64,000 bases of DNA from an uncultured Spirochaetota bacterium (GTDB taxonomy: Bacteria > Spirochaetota > Spirochaetia > SZUA-6 > Fen-1364), in the NCBI GenBank assembly GCA_963734545.1, contig CAVTHO010000010.1, forward strand, positions 32,001 to 96,000, read 5' to 3'. Position numbers and translations under genes: made by a program. Below are positions 49,588 to 61,500 of the stretch, piece by piece; positions within the stretch are counted from its first letter, which is position 1, and each line of letters begins with the position of its first letter. A model generated the notes under the pieces. That model did no database searches, was not told the DNA's origin, and worked only from the letters and a program-made list of their open reading frames with translations.

Positions 49588-52500
49588 CTAGCGGGCAATT
49601 TCGTCAAGCCACCAGGTCAGGCGCGCAAGGACCTTCTTCCGCAGGTCGCTCGGGCAATTCTGTCCCTGGTCAGCCTGGTCCCTCCCGGGTCCGCCGTCCA
49701 GCGTGTCGTGCCCGTCCCCGCCCACCAGCCAGTCATCGCCCGCGCCGCCTCGCAGGATGTCGCTCCCGTCCTGCCCGAACAGGATGTCATCCCCATCCCC
49801 ACCCTGCATGGTGTCCTGGTCGAAGGGGCCACCCGGGCAGCCCTCGTGCCTGCTCAGGTACAGCCCGCTGCCTCGTTCGCCCGTGGAGGCCCAGAGCCAG
49901 AAGCTCTCCTGGGCCAGGCCCATGTCCAGAAGGTCTTCGGCCAGCTCCTCCGCGTCGTATCGCACCCGGCAATAGCTCTTCTGGCTCAGTCCCTCGCCGG
50001 CAACCACCAGCGGCGCAGCGAATGCGGCGCTGTCCCCGAAAGCCAGGTCATTTCCCGCACCCGCGTCAAATAAATCGTTTCCAGCGGACCTGGCATCCGC
50101 CAGACCGTCCCCGCCATGCTCGTCACTGCAGCAGCTCCTGCCACCGTCGTGATCGCCGCGGGAATCATGACCCGAGTCGTAGTGGTTGCCCCAGAAATCA
50201 TGGCCCCAGTTGTCGTGGCTGCCCCAGGAATCATGGCCCCAGTTGTCGTGGCCGCCCCAGAAATCATGGCCGCAGTTGTCGTGCCCGCCCCAGCCGCAGC
50301 CGTTGTGCCGCGGAGCAGGTGACTCGTCAGGCACCAGGGTGATCACCGGGACGAGAGAGCTCCACCGGTCGCCCACCAGGACGTCGTCACCCTCCCCGCC
50401 GGCCAGGGAATCGTTGCCCGAGACAATGAGGTCGATATGATACACGAGATTGATCCGCGGCTTCCTGCCGGCTGTCACGGTCACGAACGTCTTTCTGAGG
50501 TCGTGGGAAACATCGTCGATCTCCCGCAGCACCCCGCCTGCCATGCACGCGATGTCCTCCGCCTCCTCCACGAAGTCATCCAGGGAGAGCACCAGGCCCA
50601 CGGGGACCGTCAAGGATGGCGCCGCTATCGTCATGTCGTCGCCCACCAGGAAGTCCCTGCCCGTGCCGCCGTCGAGCTGGTCACAGCCGATCCTGAAGGT
50701 ATGGTCCACGACGGTGTCGCGGGAAGCGAAGCAGCCGCCATCAACCCACTTGCCGATCGCCTTATCTATCCGATCCAGGAAATGTGACAGCTCATCGATC
50801 GCCGCGGAGAGATCCTGCCCCATTCCCGTCGCAGTTCCCAGAATCCCCGCGGTAACCTTGAGCGTGGGGGCGAAAACGACCCGGTTGTCGCCCACCAGGA
50901 CATCGTCTCCGGCTCCGCCGCGGAGCGTGTCATTGCCGGCAACGAGGCCGAGGTGGTGCGCCACGTCCGTGACGAACGAGGCCAGCGGCGCCAGGCGGAC
51001 GCCGTCGAGACGATCGAGAGTGTTCGTGCTCGGGAGAATCGAAAGGTCGCAGCCGGCATGGGTAAGGACGGCCGCGAAGGGATCCACGGCCTGGCCGGGA
51101 ACAACCGAGAGCACCGGCACGATCGTGGTGCCGGCGGCGGCCACCCTGATATCTCCCGCCGGCCCGTTCCCCGCGTCGCCCGGGATCAGCAGCAGCCCGC
51201 GGAGAACGTTCGGCAGCGGGGAAGCGGAAGCGACCTGCACCGCGTCATCGCCGACCAGGACGTCGGCGTCGTCACCGCCGTCCAGCAAGTCGTCCCCCGC
51301 GCCTCCGACCAGGAAATCAATGCCCAGCCCGCCGGTGAGCCAGTCGTCCCCACGGCCGCCGAACAGGGCATCGTCCCCGGCGCCTCCGTCCAGGACGTCA
51401 TTGCCGTCCGCACGCAGCGATACGAGGATGAGCTCCGTCTCCCACTTCTGGCATCCCCACGCGTTACGGACGAGGTGTCGGCTCCCGTCGGCGTTGTAGG
51501 CGCCGACCACGAGCACGAGGTCAGCGTTCAGAAGATCGGAAATCACGTCCGGGTCCAGGTCACCCCACCAGAGGCTGCTCGGGTGATACACGCCTGTGAT
51601 GACGCCCACGTCCGTCAGCAGGACATCCGAGTGCCAGGAGCCGTTCGGATCGAGCCGTGGCGTCCCATCCGGGTTGTATGCGGGCGTGATGATCCCCACG
51701 TCGCCCAGCAGGACATCGTTGCCCTCGCCGCCGCTCACCTCATCGCTTCCCAGCCCCGCGACGATCAGGTCATCACCCGCGTTCCCGCTGATCAGGTCAT
51801 TCCCTGACCCGCCCGCGATCCTGTCGTTGCCATTGTCACCCGTAATGACCAGGTCTGTCGTCACAACGGCCGCGTCGATAACGTCGCACCCTCCCTCACC
51901 GTGGATGATCAGGGCGATGGGGTCCGTCTCGGTGACGGTGACCAGGTCATCTCCCTCTCCCGACCACAGCGTCGTTGTCGTGCCGATGCTCTCGTGGGTG
52001 GAGCGTACCTCGATCGTGTTTCCGCCCGAGCCGCATTCTATGTTGATCCCGCCGCCGAACGTGCCATCCGTGGCCGCGTAGTATATATTCGCGGGCGAGA
52101 GTCCCGTGAGGGAGCTGCTGGTGATGACGACGTTCGAATCCGGCGTCCCGTCAGCCTCGTCACTCACGTTCAGCGAGTTGACTCCTCCCCCTGCTTCGAT
52201 TTCGAGCACCCCGAGGATGCCGTCCAGCGTCCCTCCGTTGGCAGGAGCATCGGAGGAGACATTGACTGTGTCGTTTCCAGTGCCCGTGACCATGCGCGTG
52301 TGGGCCGACGTGGATTGGACATTGACCGTATTCCCGCCCGAGCCCAGGGCGATGTTCAGGCTCTCCACGCCGCTGTAGCCGATCCCGTCGCTCATCCCCA
52401 GGCCCGTGATGCTGTCCGCGGTGAGGGTGAGGCTGTTTGGCTCGCTGTCTCCGCTGTCGTCCACGTTCAGGGTGTCCTCGCCCTCCCCGCCGATGAGGGT

Positions 52501-55500
52501 CAGGGGGGCCAGGATGAGGTTCACCGTGCCGCCTGCATCAGGCGCCATGGAACCGACGTTGATCGTGTCGGCCCCCGGCCCCGCGTTCACCGTAGTTGCT
52601 GAGCCGATGGACTGGATGTTCAGTATGTCACCGCCCGAGCCCAGGGCGATGTTCAAGCTCTCCACGCTGCTGTAGCCGATCCCGCCGCTCATCCCCAGGC
52701 CCGTGATGCTGTCCGCGGTGAGGGTGAGGCTGTTTGGCCTCGCCGTCTCCGCTGTCGTCCACGTTCAGGGTGTCCTCGCCCTCCCCGCCGATGAGGGTCA
52801 GGGGGGCCAGGATGAGGTTCACCGTGCCGCCTGCATCAGGCGCCATGGAACCGACGTTGATCGTGTCGGCCCCCGGCCCCGCGTTCACCGTAGTTGCTGA
52901 GCCGATGGACTGGATGTTCAGTATGTCACCGCCCGAGCCCAGGGCGATGTTCAGGCTCTCCACGCCGCTGTAGCCGATCCCGTCGCTCATCCCCAGGCCC
53001 GTGATGCTGTCCGCGGTGAGGGTGAGGCTGTTGGGCTCGCTGTCTCCGCTGTCGTCCACGTTCAGGGTGTCCTCGCCCTCCCCGCCGATGAGGGTCAGGG
53101 GGGCCAGGATGAGGTTCACCGTGCCGCCTGCATCAGGCGCCATGGAACCGACGTTGATCGTGTCGGCCCCCGGCCCCGCGTTCACCGTAGTTGCTGAGCC
53201 GATGGACTGGATGTTCAGTATGTCACCGCCCGAGCCCAGGGCGATGTTCAAGCTCTCCACGCTGCTGTAGCCGATCCCGCCGCTCATCCCCAGGCCCGTG
53301 ATGCTGTCCGCGGTGAGGGTGAGGCTGTTTGGCCTCGCCGTCTCCGCTGTCGTCCACGTTCAGGGTGTCCTCGCCCTCCCCGCCGATGAGGGTCAGGGGG
53401 GCCAGGATGAGGTTCACCGTGCCGCCTGCATCAGGCGCCATGGAACCGACGTTGATCGTGTCGGCCCCCGGCCCCGCGTTCACTGTGGTTGCTGAGCCGA
53501 TGGACTGGATGTTGACCGTATTCCCGCCCGAGCCCAGGGCGATGTTCAGGCTCTCCACGCCGCTGTAGCCGATCCCGTCGCTCATCCCCAGGCCCGTGAT
53601 GCTGTCCGCGGTAAGGACGAGGCTGTTTGGCTCGCCGTCTCCGCTGTCGTCCACGTTCAGGGTGTCCTCGCCCTCCCCGCCGTTGAACACAACCCCACCG
53701 ATGGGAACGGGGATCCCTCCGACAAAGTCGACAGTCAAAGTGTCCCCGTCGTCGGACCCGTTGAACGTGAGGAAAGGCGCCTCAGCGGCCGTGATGATAT
53801 AGACGACCGTTCCGTTCAGAGACACCTGGATATTCCCTCCGTCGCGGAACAGCCGGAAGGTGTCCTGCTCGCCATCATTCATTCTCGGGCCGGCGTCGAT
53901 GACGGAATCTTCCCACACCGTGACAGCGAAGGACTGTTCGTCACTGGCAGCGGGGTCGGCGTTGTCCGTGACCCGCACGGTGAAGGTGTACACGAAGGGC
54001 CCCTGTGCCTCCGTGGGAATCCAGGTCAGCTCACCGGTGGAGGCGTCGAGGAAAACGAATGCCGGCGCCTGGTCCAGGTGGAAGGTCAGGACGTCCGTCC
54101 CGTCCGGGTCGGTCGCGACGATTGTCAACCGCAGCTCGACGCCTTCCGTGGCAGACTGATCACCGATGAAACCCAGGACCGGGGCATCGTTGACGCCCTG
54201 CACGATCACCACGACCCGGGCTGTCGCCGTCCCGGCCTTGCCGTCGGAAACGGTATAGGTGAAGGCGTCTGAGGCGGATTCGTCGAAAGCCAGATAGTCG
54301 AACACGCCGCGGGGGTCATAGGTATAGGTGCCATCACCGTTATCCGTCACGGTCCCCAGGGTCCCGGTGGTGTCAATGGAAACGATGGAGAGGATGTCGC
54401 CCGGGTCGGGATCGTGGTCGTTGGAAAGGAGGAAAGACGCCTGGATGATCAGCGCCGTGTCCTCGTCCGTCAACAGTTCGTCGTCCACCGCCATCGGCAA
54501 TGACTCCACCAGGACGCTGAGGGTGCCCTCGAACACCGCATCGTCCGCCCCGGACATCGTCACGGTCACGACATAGGTACCGCCCAGCTCCCACGTGTGG
54601 GAGATATCGGCCGTGACCGGGGTGTCCGCGCCCTCAGTGAAGGGCACGGTCCGGGTTTCGGTGGGCGAGCCATCGCCGAAGTCGAAGACCAGCCGGGCGT
54701 CCGCCCCGTTCATGGAATAGGACCCCAGGGGATCGCGGATGTCCACGTGGATGAGCGCGGGCCTTCCCTCGTACGCGCCGCCGGTGAGGGTCGGCTCCAC
54801 CACGAGATAGTGCTCGATGCCGGAGACGACCCCGCCGCTCAAGGCGGTCTCGACCCGCTGACCGATGATGACGCGATCCACGAACAGGTCCCCGCCGGCC
54901 TCGAGCTGAAGCATATTGGAGTACCGGTCGGCGGCCAGGAGGACGCGCGTGCTGACGATGTTCCCCGGGGAATGCACAATGAGCGATCCGTCGCTCACCG
55001 TCGCATTCCTGAGCTCGATGGACCCTGCGGCATTGATCTCGAGATCGCCCGCACCGCGCACGAAGGCCTCGATCCGGCGGACGTTCACGTCCGCGCGGAA
55101 CCCGTTCTGGGCCGTCATCTTGAGCGTATCCGCGCTGATGAGGGCGCCGACAGCCTGTGAAATGGTCCCGGCATCCAGATCGATGCGGCTCCCCTGAAGC
55201 GCCGTTCCGCCGAGGGTATTCAGCCGCAGCTCGTTTGTCGCCGTCAGCGCGATCCCCGCGCCCGAAGACTCGGCCAGGGAGCCCCGGTTCGTGAAAATGA
55301 TGTTTTCAGCACGCAGATCCACCGCGCCGCGGGCAACGAGGGCGGCGTCAACGATGATGTCCCGCTCTGCAACGATGTTCCACGGTCCCTGGTAATCGGC
55401 GCCGAGAAGGACGCTGAGGTTATCCCGGGAGACAAGGGTCCCCACCGGCCAGGCGCCCGTGTCGACCTGGATCGCGAGCCCCGCCGTAAGCTCGGCCTGA

Positions 55501-58500
55501 CCGCCGGTGAGAAGAGCCCCCGCTGCCTCCCGGATGCTCCGCGCCGAATCGAGGCGGATGGCCCCGTCGTTGTTTCCGGTCGAGCCCCGGGCCGTCAGGG
55601 CCCCGAGGACCAGGCCCCCGTCTCCACGGGAGACGATGTCAATGGCGTCGGCCTCGACCAGGGAGGCGACGATGCCGGCATCGGAGACGATGGACAGGGC
55701 CCCGGTGTGCGTTCGGACGTTCTCCAGCACCAGCGTCTTGCCGCTCCCGGCGAGATCCTTGTCCGACACGAAGAGGCTCTTCCCCGCCTCCACGACCAGC
55801 TCTTCCACGTCCGTGTAAAGGACCGCCTTGCCGGAGGAAGACGTGGCGACCGTCAGCCGCTTGCCCTGGACCAGGCTGCCCGGGTCTCCCATGACCGAAC
55901 CCAGCCCGGAGGCGAGACGGACATCGGCGCTGCCGACCACGGCTCCCGACAGGAGCATGACACCGTCCGGAGAGATGATCCGCACGAAGTCTGTCCCCGA
56001 CAGGCTCGCGCCCAGGATCAGGTCCGTGCCGGTTTGAATCAGGATGTCCCTGGCCGTGAAGGCGCTTCCGGCCTTCAGGCCTTCGATCGAGCCCGCCGCC
56101 AGGAAGGAGATCGAGCCCTGCGCATCGAAGGAAACATCCTTCATCGCGATGTCGCCGCCCGTGACGATGGAAACGGGCAGGAGGCGCAGGCCGTTGTGCG
56201 TCACCTCGACGAACAGGTCGGGAACGGTCTCCACCTCCGCGTTCGAATAGGTGGCGGGATCCGCAATGAGGATCTCTGCCCTCGGCACCTCGGTGTAGAC
56301 GGGGGTGAGCTCCGCGAAGCTGACCAGGATATCCTCGGGTTCCAGCTTCGCGACGCCATGGTCAGCGAGGGTCTCGCCCGGGTAGAGGACGATCAACCGT
56401 CCGTTCGGCAGCAGCTGGGTCTCGAGCGTGGAGAGCACGGTATCGAAGTTGACGATCCTTCCCGTGGTCTCATCCAGGAAATAGAGGCTTTCCTCCCCGG
56501 CGCCGGCTTCTGCCGACGTCGTCAGGAAGCGGTAGCGGTAGCTGTCCACGGCAAAGAGAGGGCTCTGGATGGTGACATCACGATCATTTCCAGTGTCCAG
56601 CCAGGTTTCCTTGTGAGTCTCGGTAGTCCACTGCAGGAACCGCCGCACGGTGAAAGCGCCGTCAAAGAGGAAGAGGTCCGCGGGCCGTTCGCCGGATTCA
56701 TTCCAGGCGTAGAGGCGGCTCCCCAGGGACCCGTCCCGATTCTGCCGATAGTCAACGAACACCCACGCGCTGCCGCTGTTCTCCAGTCCCCTGGTCCACG
56801 TGTAGAACACATCGTCGCTCGGGTCGTCCGGCGTGCCCTTCGTGTCACGGTAGAACGTGCGGCCGGTCCCGTCCTCCTGGTAGATGAAGAGCCCGGAGAA
56901 CTCGTCCTGGGCAACGAGAACGGCCTCGTCCTTGGTGGGGGCATCGAGCGTCACCCCGTCCAGCAGCTCGTCCACGGGGAGCTTCCGCAGCCTGTCCTCG
57001 ATGGAAAGACGGCCCGACTTCAGGCTCTCGATGCTGTCCTTGAGCGACTGGATCCGCACATCGCCCAGGCGCAGCTGGTCCCTGAACCCTTCCAAGGCGA
57101 CGGTAAGGGCGAGCCGGTTCTGGGAGAAGGCCAGGTCGTGCGTGAAGACCAGGCGTTCGGCCTCGATCGCCTGCGCGTTGATCTGGGCTGCCCCGAGATC
57201 GGACCGCTCGGTCTGCTTCGTCTGGAGGATCGCGGCCAGGCCCTCTTTCAGCCCCGTCTCCCGCAGGTCCAGCTCACCCAGGCGGCTGTCCAGTCCCGCT
57301 TTGTTCGCCGTCAACGTGATACGTGCGGTGTTCAGATCCCCCAGCTCCTTGGTCAGAACGCTCAGCGCCCCGTTGAGGTTGGAGCGCTCAGCAAGGTCGG
57401 CCTGATAGACCAGGTTAAGATCGGCGCGCTGGTTCTGCAGAGTGGAGATCTCCCCCGTGACCCGGGTTGCCTCGGACGGAAGCGAGGCCACGGCCTGGTT
57501 CAGCAATTCCTCGAGGCTGAGCTGCTGGCTCAGAAGAGCGGTCTGGGAGGACTGAAGCTCGGCGAGCGAAGCCTCCTGCAGGCCCAGGGCGGCGAGGGAG
57601 GCCGAAAGCGAATTCTTCTGTGTCGTGAGAGTCGTCTCCTGCGACTGAAGGGCTGCGATGTCCGTTTCCAGGGACTGCTTCTGCGCCTGCAGCCCGAGGA
57701 TCGTCGCCTTTTCCGTCTCGAGAGCCGTCTCCTGGCTCCGGTAGCCGGAGAGAGCCGAGGAATAGTCGGAGCGAAGGGCGGCCAGGGCCGAGTGGGTACC
57801 GGGCAAGGTCGCGTCCAGCGGCTGGTTGGCGCCCTTCTGCGCGAGAGCGGTCCCCACCTGGGTCAGGTCCGTGCGCATGCCGGAGACGGACGCAAGGATG
57901 TCGCGGAGGTCCTCGAGGTCGGCCCGGGTGAGGCCGTCCAGCATGGCCGGGGTGATATCGGTCAGGGACTTCGTCTGTCCCTTGTACTGGATCTGGCCCA
58001 GGTTGAAGGTGCTGAGAGACAGCTTTCTTCCGTCTGAAAGGGTGAACTGGAGGGTCTCGAGGTCGAAATCGTTGTTGAAGAGGGTCGCTGCGGCGGGCTC
58101 ACCCGGCAGGATCGACCGCGGAATTGCTCCGATCCTCTCGTTCACCTGCCCGAGCAGGGCGTCCACCTGGTTCAGGTTGCCGATCCCGGTCACCAGGGTC
58201 TGGTAGGCGACCTTTTGAAGCTGCGTGTTCACCGCGCCGATCTGACTGGAGGTGGAGCTGATGGCGGACCCGACTGAGCTCAAATCGCCTTCCACCAGGC
58301 TCAGGCTCCGCTGTCCAGACAGGCTGGTCGAAACGGTGCCCAGGGTCTGCTGATCCGAGAGGATGGACGACTGCACCGACGTCAACTGGGACTGCGTGAA
58401 ATCGAGGTCCTGCCGCAGCCCGATGCCGGCCTGGATCGTGCCCAGCTGGGTTTGAAGCGCGGTCAGTCCCGTCCGGGTGATCAGGTCCCCGACATATCCC

Positions 58501-61500
58501 CGAAGGGTTTCGCCCAGCACATTCGAATAGCCCGAGAGGTCGCGGAGAGACTGCTCGATCACGGCGAGGTCGGTCACGCCGTTCAGGGACGAGATGATGG
58601 CCAGGGCCGATTGCCGCGCGGTCACCTGGGAGTCGATGGCGCCCATCTGGCCGACAGTGGCATCGATCCGGCCTGTCACGGCCTGGATGCCGTCCTGGGT
58701 CTGGGCCAGGGAACCCTTGTTGGCGTCGATCTGAACGAGGAGGGCAGACTCCTGCCCGGCCAGCCCTGACAACCGCGTGGTCGTGGAGGCGGTCTCGTTC
58801 TGGAGGCCGTTGAAGAGCTGGCTCAGCTCAGCGTCGCTCATCGTGCTCACGTCGAGCGCCGTCACCCAGCCCGCGTCCAGCGTCGCCGGGAACTCGGTCG
58901 CTCCGCCGGACAGCTTGAAGCCCTGCCGCGCGCTCATTTCCGCCGTCACGTCTGCGAGGACCCCGCTCAAGGCGGCCTTGTAGCCGGTCGTGGCGTCCAT
59001 CGTGTCCCGCACACCCTGGAGCACGGTCGTGAGGTCTGAAACGTTGCCGGAAATGGCCAGGATGCCGGCTTCGTTGGCTCCCAGGAGCGATTGCACCTGA
59101 TCGCGATCCTGAAGCACGCCCGTCCTCTCCGTCACGAGGTCGTCATAGCCCGCCATGTCTTCGAGCACGTCGGGGAGAAGCGCCTGCGCCTGGACGAGGT
59201 CCCTGAACGCCCCGGTCTGGACCTGCACCTGCAGATCCCGAACGAGTGAGGGAGTCTGTATGAGGTTCTGCAGGCGATCCTGCTCCATCAGCCTCAGCAG
59301 GGCGTCCTGTCCGAGGCGTCGGTCCGCCTGCAGCCGCAGGGATTCCTGAAGCTCGAGATCCAGCGCTGCCTGGAGCCGGAGGTTCTCCTCCAGCTCCATG
59401 GTCAGCTGCTCCCGTTCGGTCAAGGGTACAACGACGGTCAGCCCCTCCCAATCGCTGACGTCGGAAATAAGGTTCACATTTCCGCCGGAGACCACGCCGA
59501 ACTCGGTGAGACCGCTCAGGCGACCGCCGAGGGTCACGCTGCTTGCGGCCTCCACTGTCAGCCCTCGAACGGATATGTCCACGGCGCGGCCCAGCGCGCT
59601 GAGGCTCCCGCCGGCTTCGAGCTCGAGCGTCCTTGCAGCCTCCAGGCGCCCCGTGAGGACGAGGTCGTTGTTCGCCTTGAGGACGATGTCTCCTCCCGAC
59701 AGGACCGACGAGCCGGAGACCGCCTCGCGGACGAAGAGGCTGCCGCCCGTTGACTGGAGGGTCAGGGCCGCGCCGCTCAGCAATCCCTCGACCTTGCCGA
59801 CCACCAGCCCGCCGTCAGCGGTGACCGTGAGGGCGCCCCCCCGTGCCGCCGCGAGCTCCAGCCCCGTGCTGGCCTCGCCGATTCCGTCTCGATCAGTGAG
59901 GTTCACGAGAGCCGAGGCTCCGGCGCGGAGATCCTCCACCGTCCTGACCGCGGTGTGCACCCCGTTGATTGAGCCCTTGGCGGCGAGGCGAACAGCGTCC
60001 GCCACGATGTGGACGCCGCCCAGGCTGCCGACCGGAACGATTGCGCCGTCACTGGATATTTCCACCCGGCCCTGGGAGGAGTACCCCTGGGTGAGGGTGA
60101 GGAGGGAGTTGGTCTCCCCCAGCGCCGCCGCGGCCGCCGCACCCTCGTCGCCGGGGAACACGGACGAGTAGGCAACCCCGAGGACATCAAGAACCCTGCC
60201 GTAGATGAGCGCGGCCACCTGCCTCGTCATGATCGTGCCGTCGTCGGCAAACGCGTGCGCGACGACCCACGCCAGGTCCTCGGCCTGGGTCAAAGTCAGC
60301 TCCACGAATGCGTCGGACACCACGATCACCGGCAGCCCGCCTGAAAGCGTTCCCCTGACGAGCCGGTTCGTCCGGGTCAGGAAATCCTCAGGGATACCTT
60401 CCGTGGAAATCTGCCGAAGCACGCCGTTCAGCGCATCGAGCCGGACCTGGGCTGCTTCCGCCTCGCTCGACGCATAGGTTCCGCCGCTCACCCAGCCCAC
60501 CATGACGCTCCCGCCGCTCCCCGGGGTCGTCTCCAGGACGATCATGTTCGGTCCGGGGACGCCGGGGTTCCAGTCGTTTCTCAGGACCACCCAGGTGGCG
60601 GTCAGGTTTCCGTTCTCGGTCACGCGGATGTCGCCGTTGGTGATCTCGATTTTCTCGAGCACCAGGTCGGGGCCCGCATCATGCACGGTCAGGTTGCCGT
60701 CTCCGCTGACGTCCACCGTCACGACGTTGGCGTTCGTCTGCAGGCTCGTGGCGCCGAAGGCGACCACGTCCAGGCGGTCCGCCGTGATCAGGCTTTCCGC
60801 GTCAAGGGGCGACATCGTTCCTTCCACCCGCACCTCGACATCCGCGGCGCCGGCCGCGTCGATCACGTCATAGACCAGGGATGCTCCGTCTGCCGTCAGC
60901 GCCCGCACCGCGATGGAGATATCGTTGTCATCGGAGCCTCCCGGGGACCGGACGCTGGTTGCCGTCACTCCGCTGCCCAGGGCACGGATCGTGATGGTGC
61001 CGGCGGCCGTTTCCACTTCCGTCAGGAGGAGTCCCGCCGTCTCCGTATCGCCCTCGGCGTCGACGTCGCGCAGGAGGATGTCGCCTGCGACGGTCACCCG
61101 CGCCCGAACCTCTGCCACGGCCAGATTGTCGAGGAGGACACCGGTCCCTGATGTGGCCTCGAGGTATGCCGCCGTGATGGTTCCGCCAAGGGCGGGAGGC
61201 GTGTCGCCCTCCTCGACGGCGTCCACCCATTCGCCGGTGAACTGGAAGACTGATCCCAGGGGCGCGTCCACCCTCACGCGGTCAGCCGTGAGAACGGCGT
61301 CGATGAGGGAAACGTCTCCGCCCTCGGTCCCGGCCTGCAGGTGGATCTCGGCATTCGCCCCCGTGGCAGCCAGGAAAGCGCCGATCGAGGTCCGGTCCGC
61401 CGTGCCGTCCAGCTCGACGTCGGAATCCGCGTGGGCGAACACGCTGCCGACCCCGGTCTCATCGGTTCCTGCAAGGACTTCGATACCAGTGACGGCGTTG

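Noticed and set aside
50160-50310. 33-bp repeats as a possible CRISPR array
   Set aside because: The repeats are contiguous with no unique spacers, keep the reading frame inside a CDS, and no cas genes are present.
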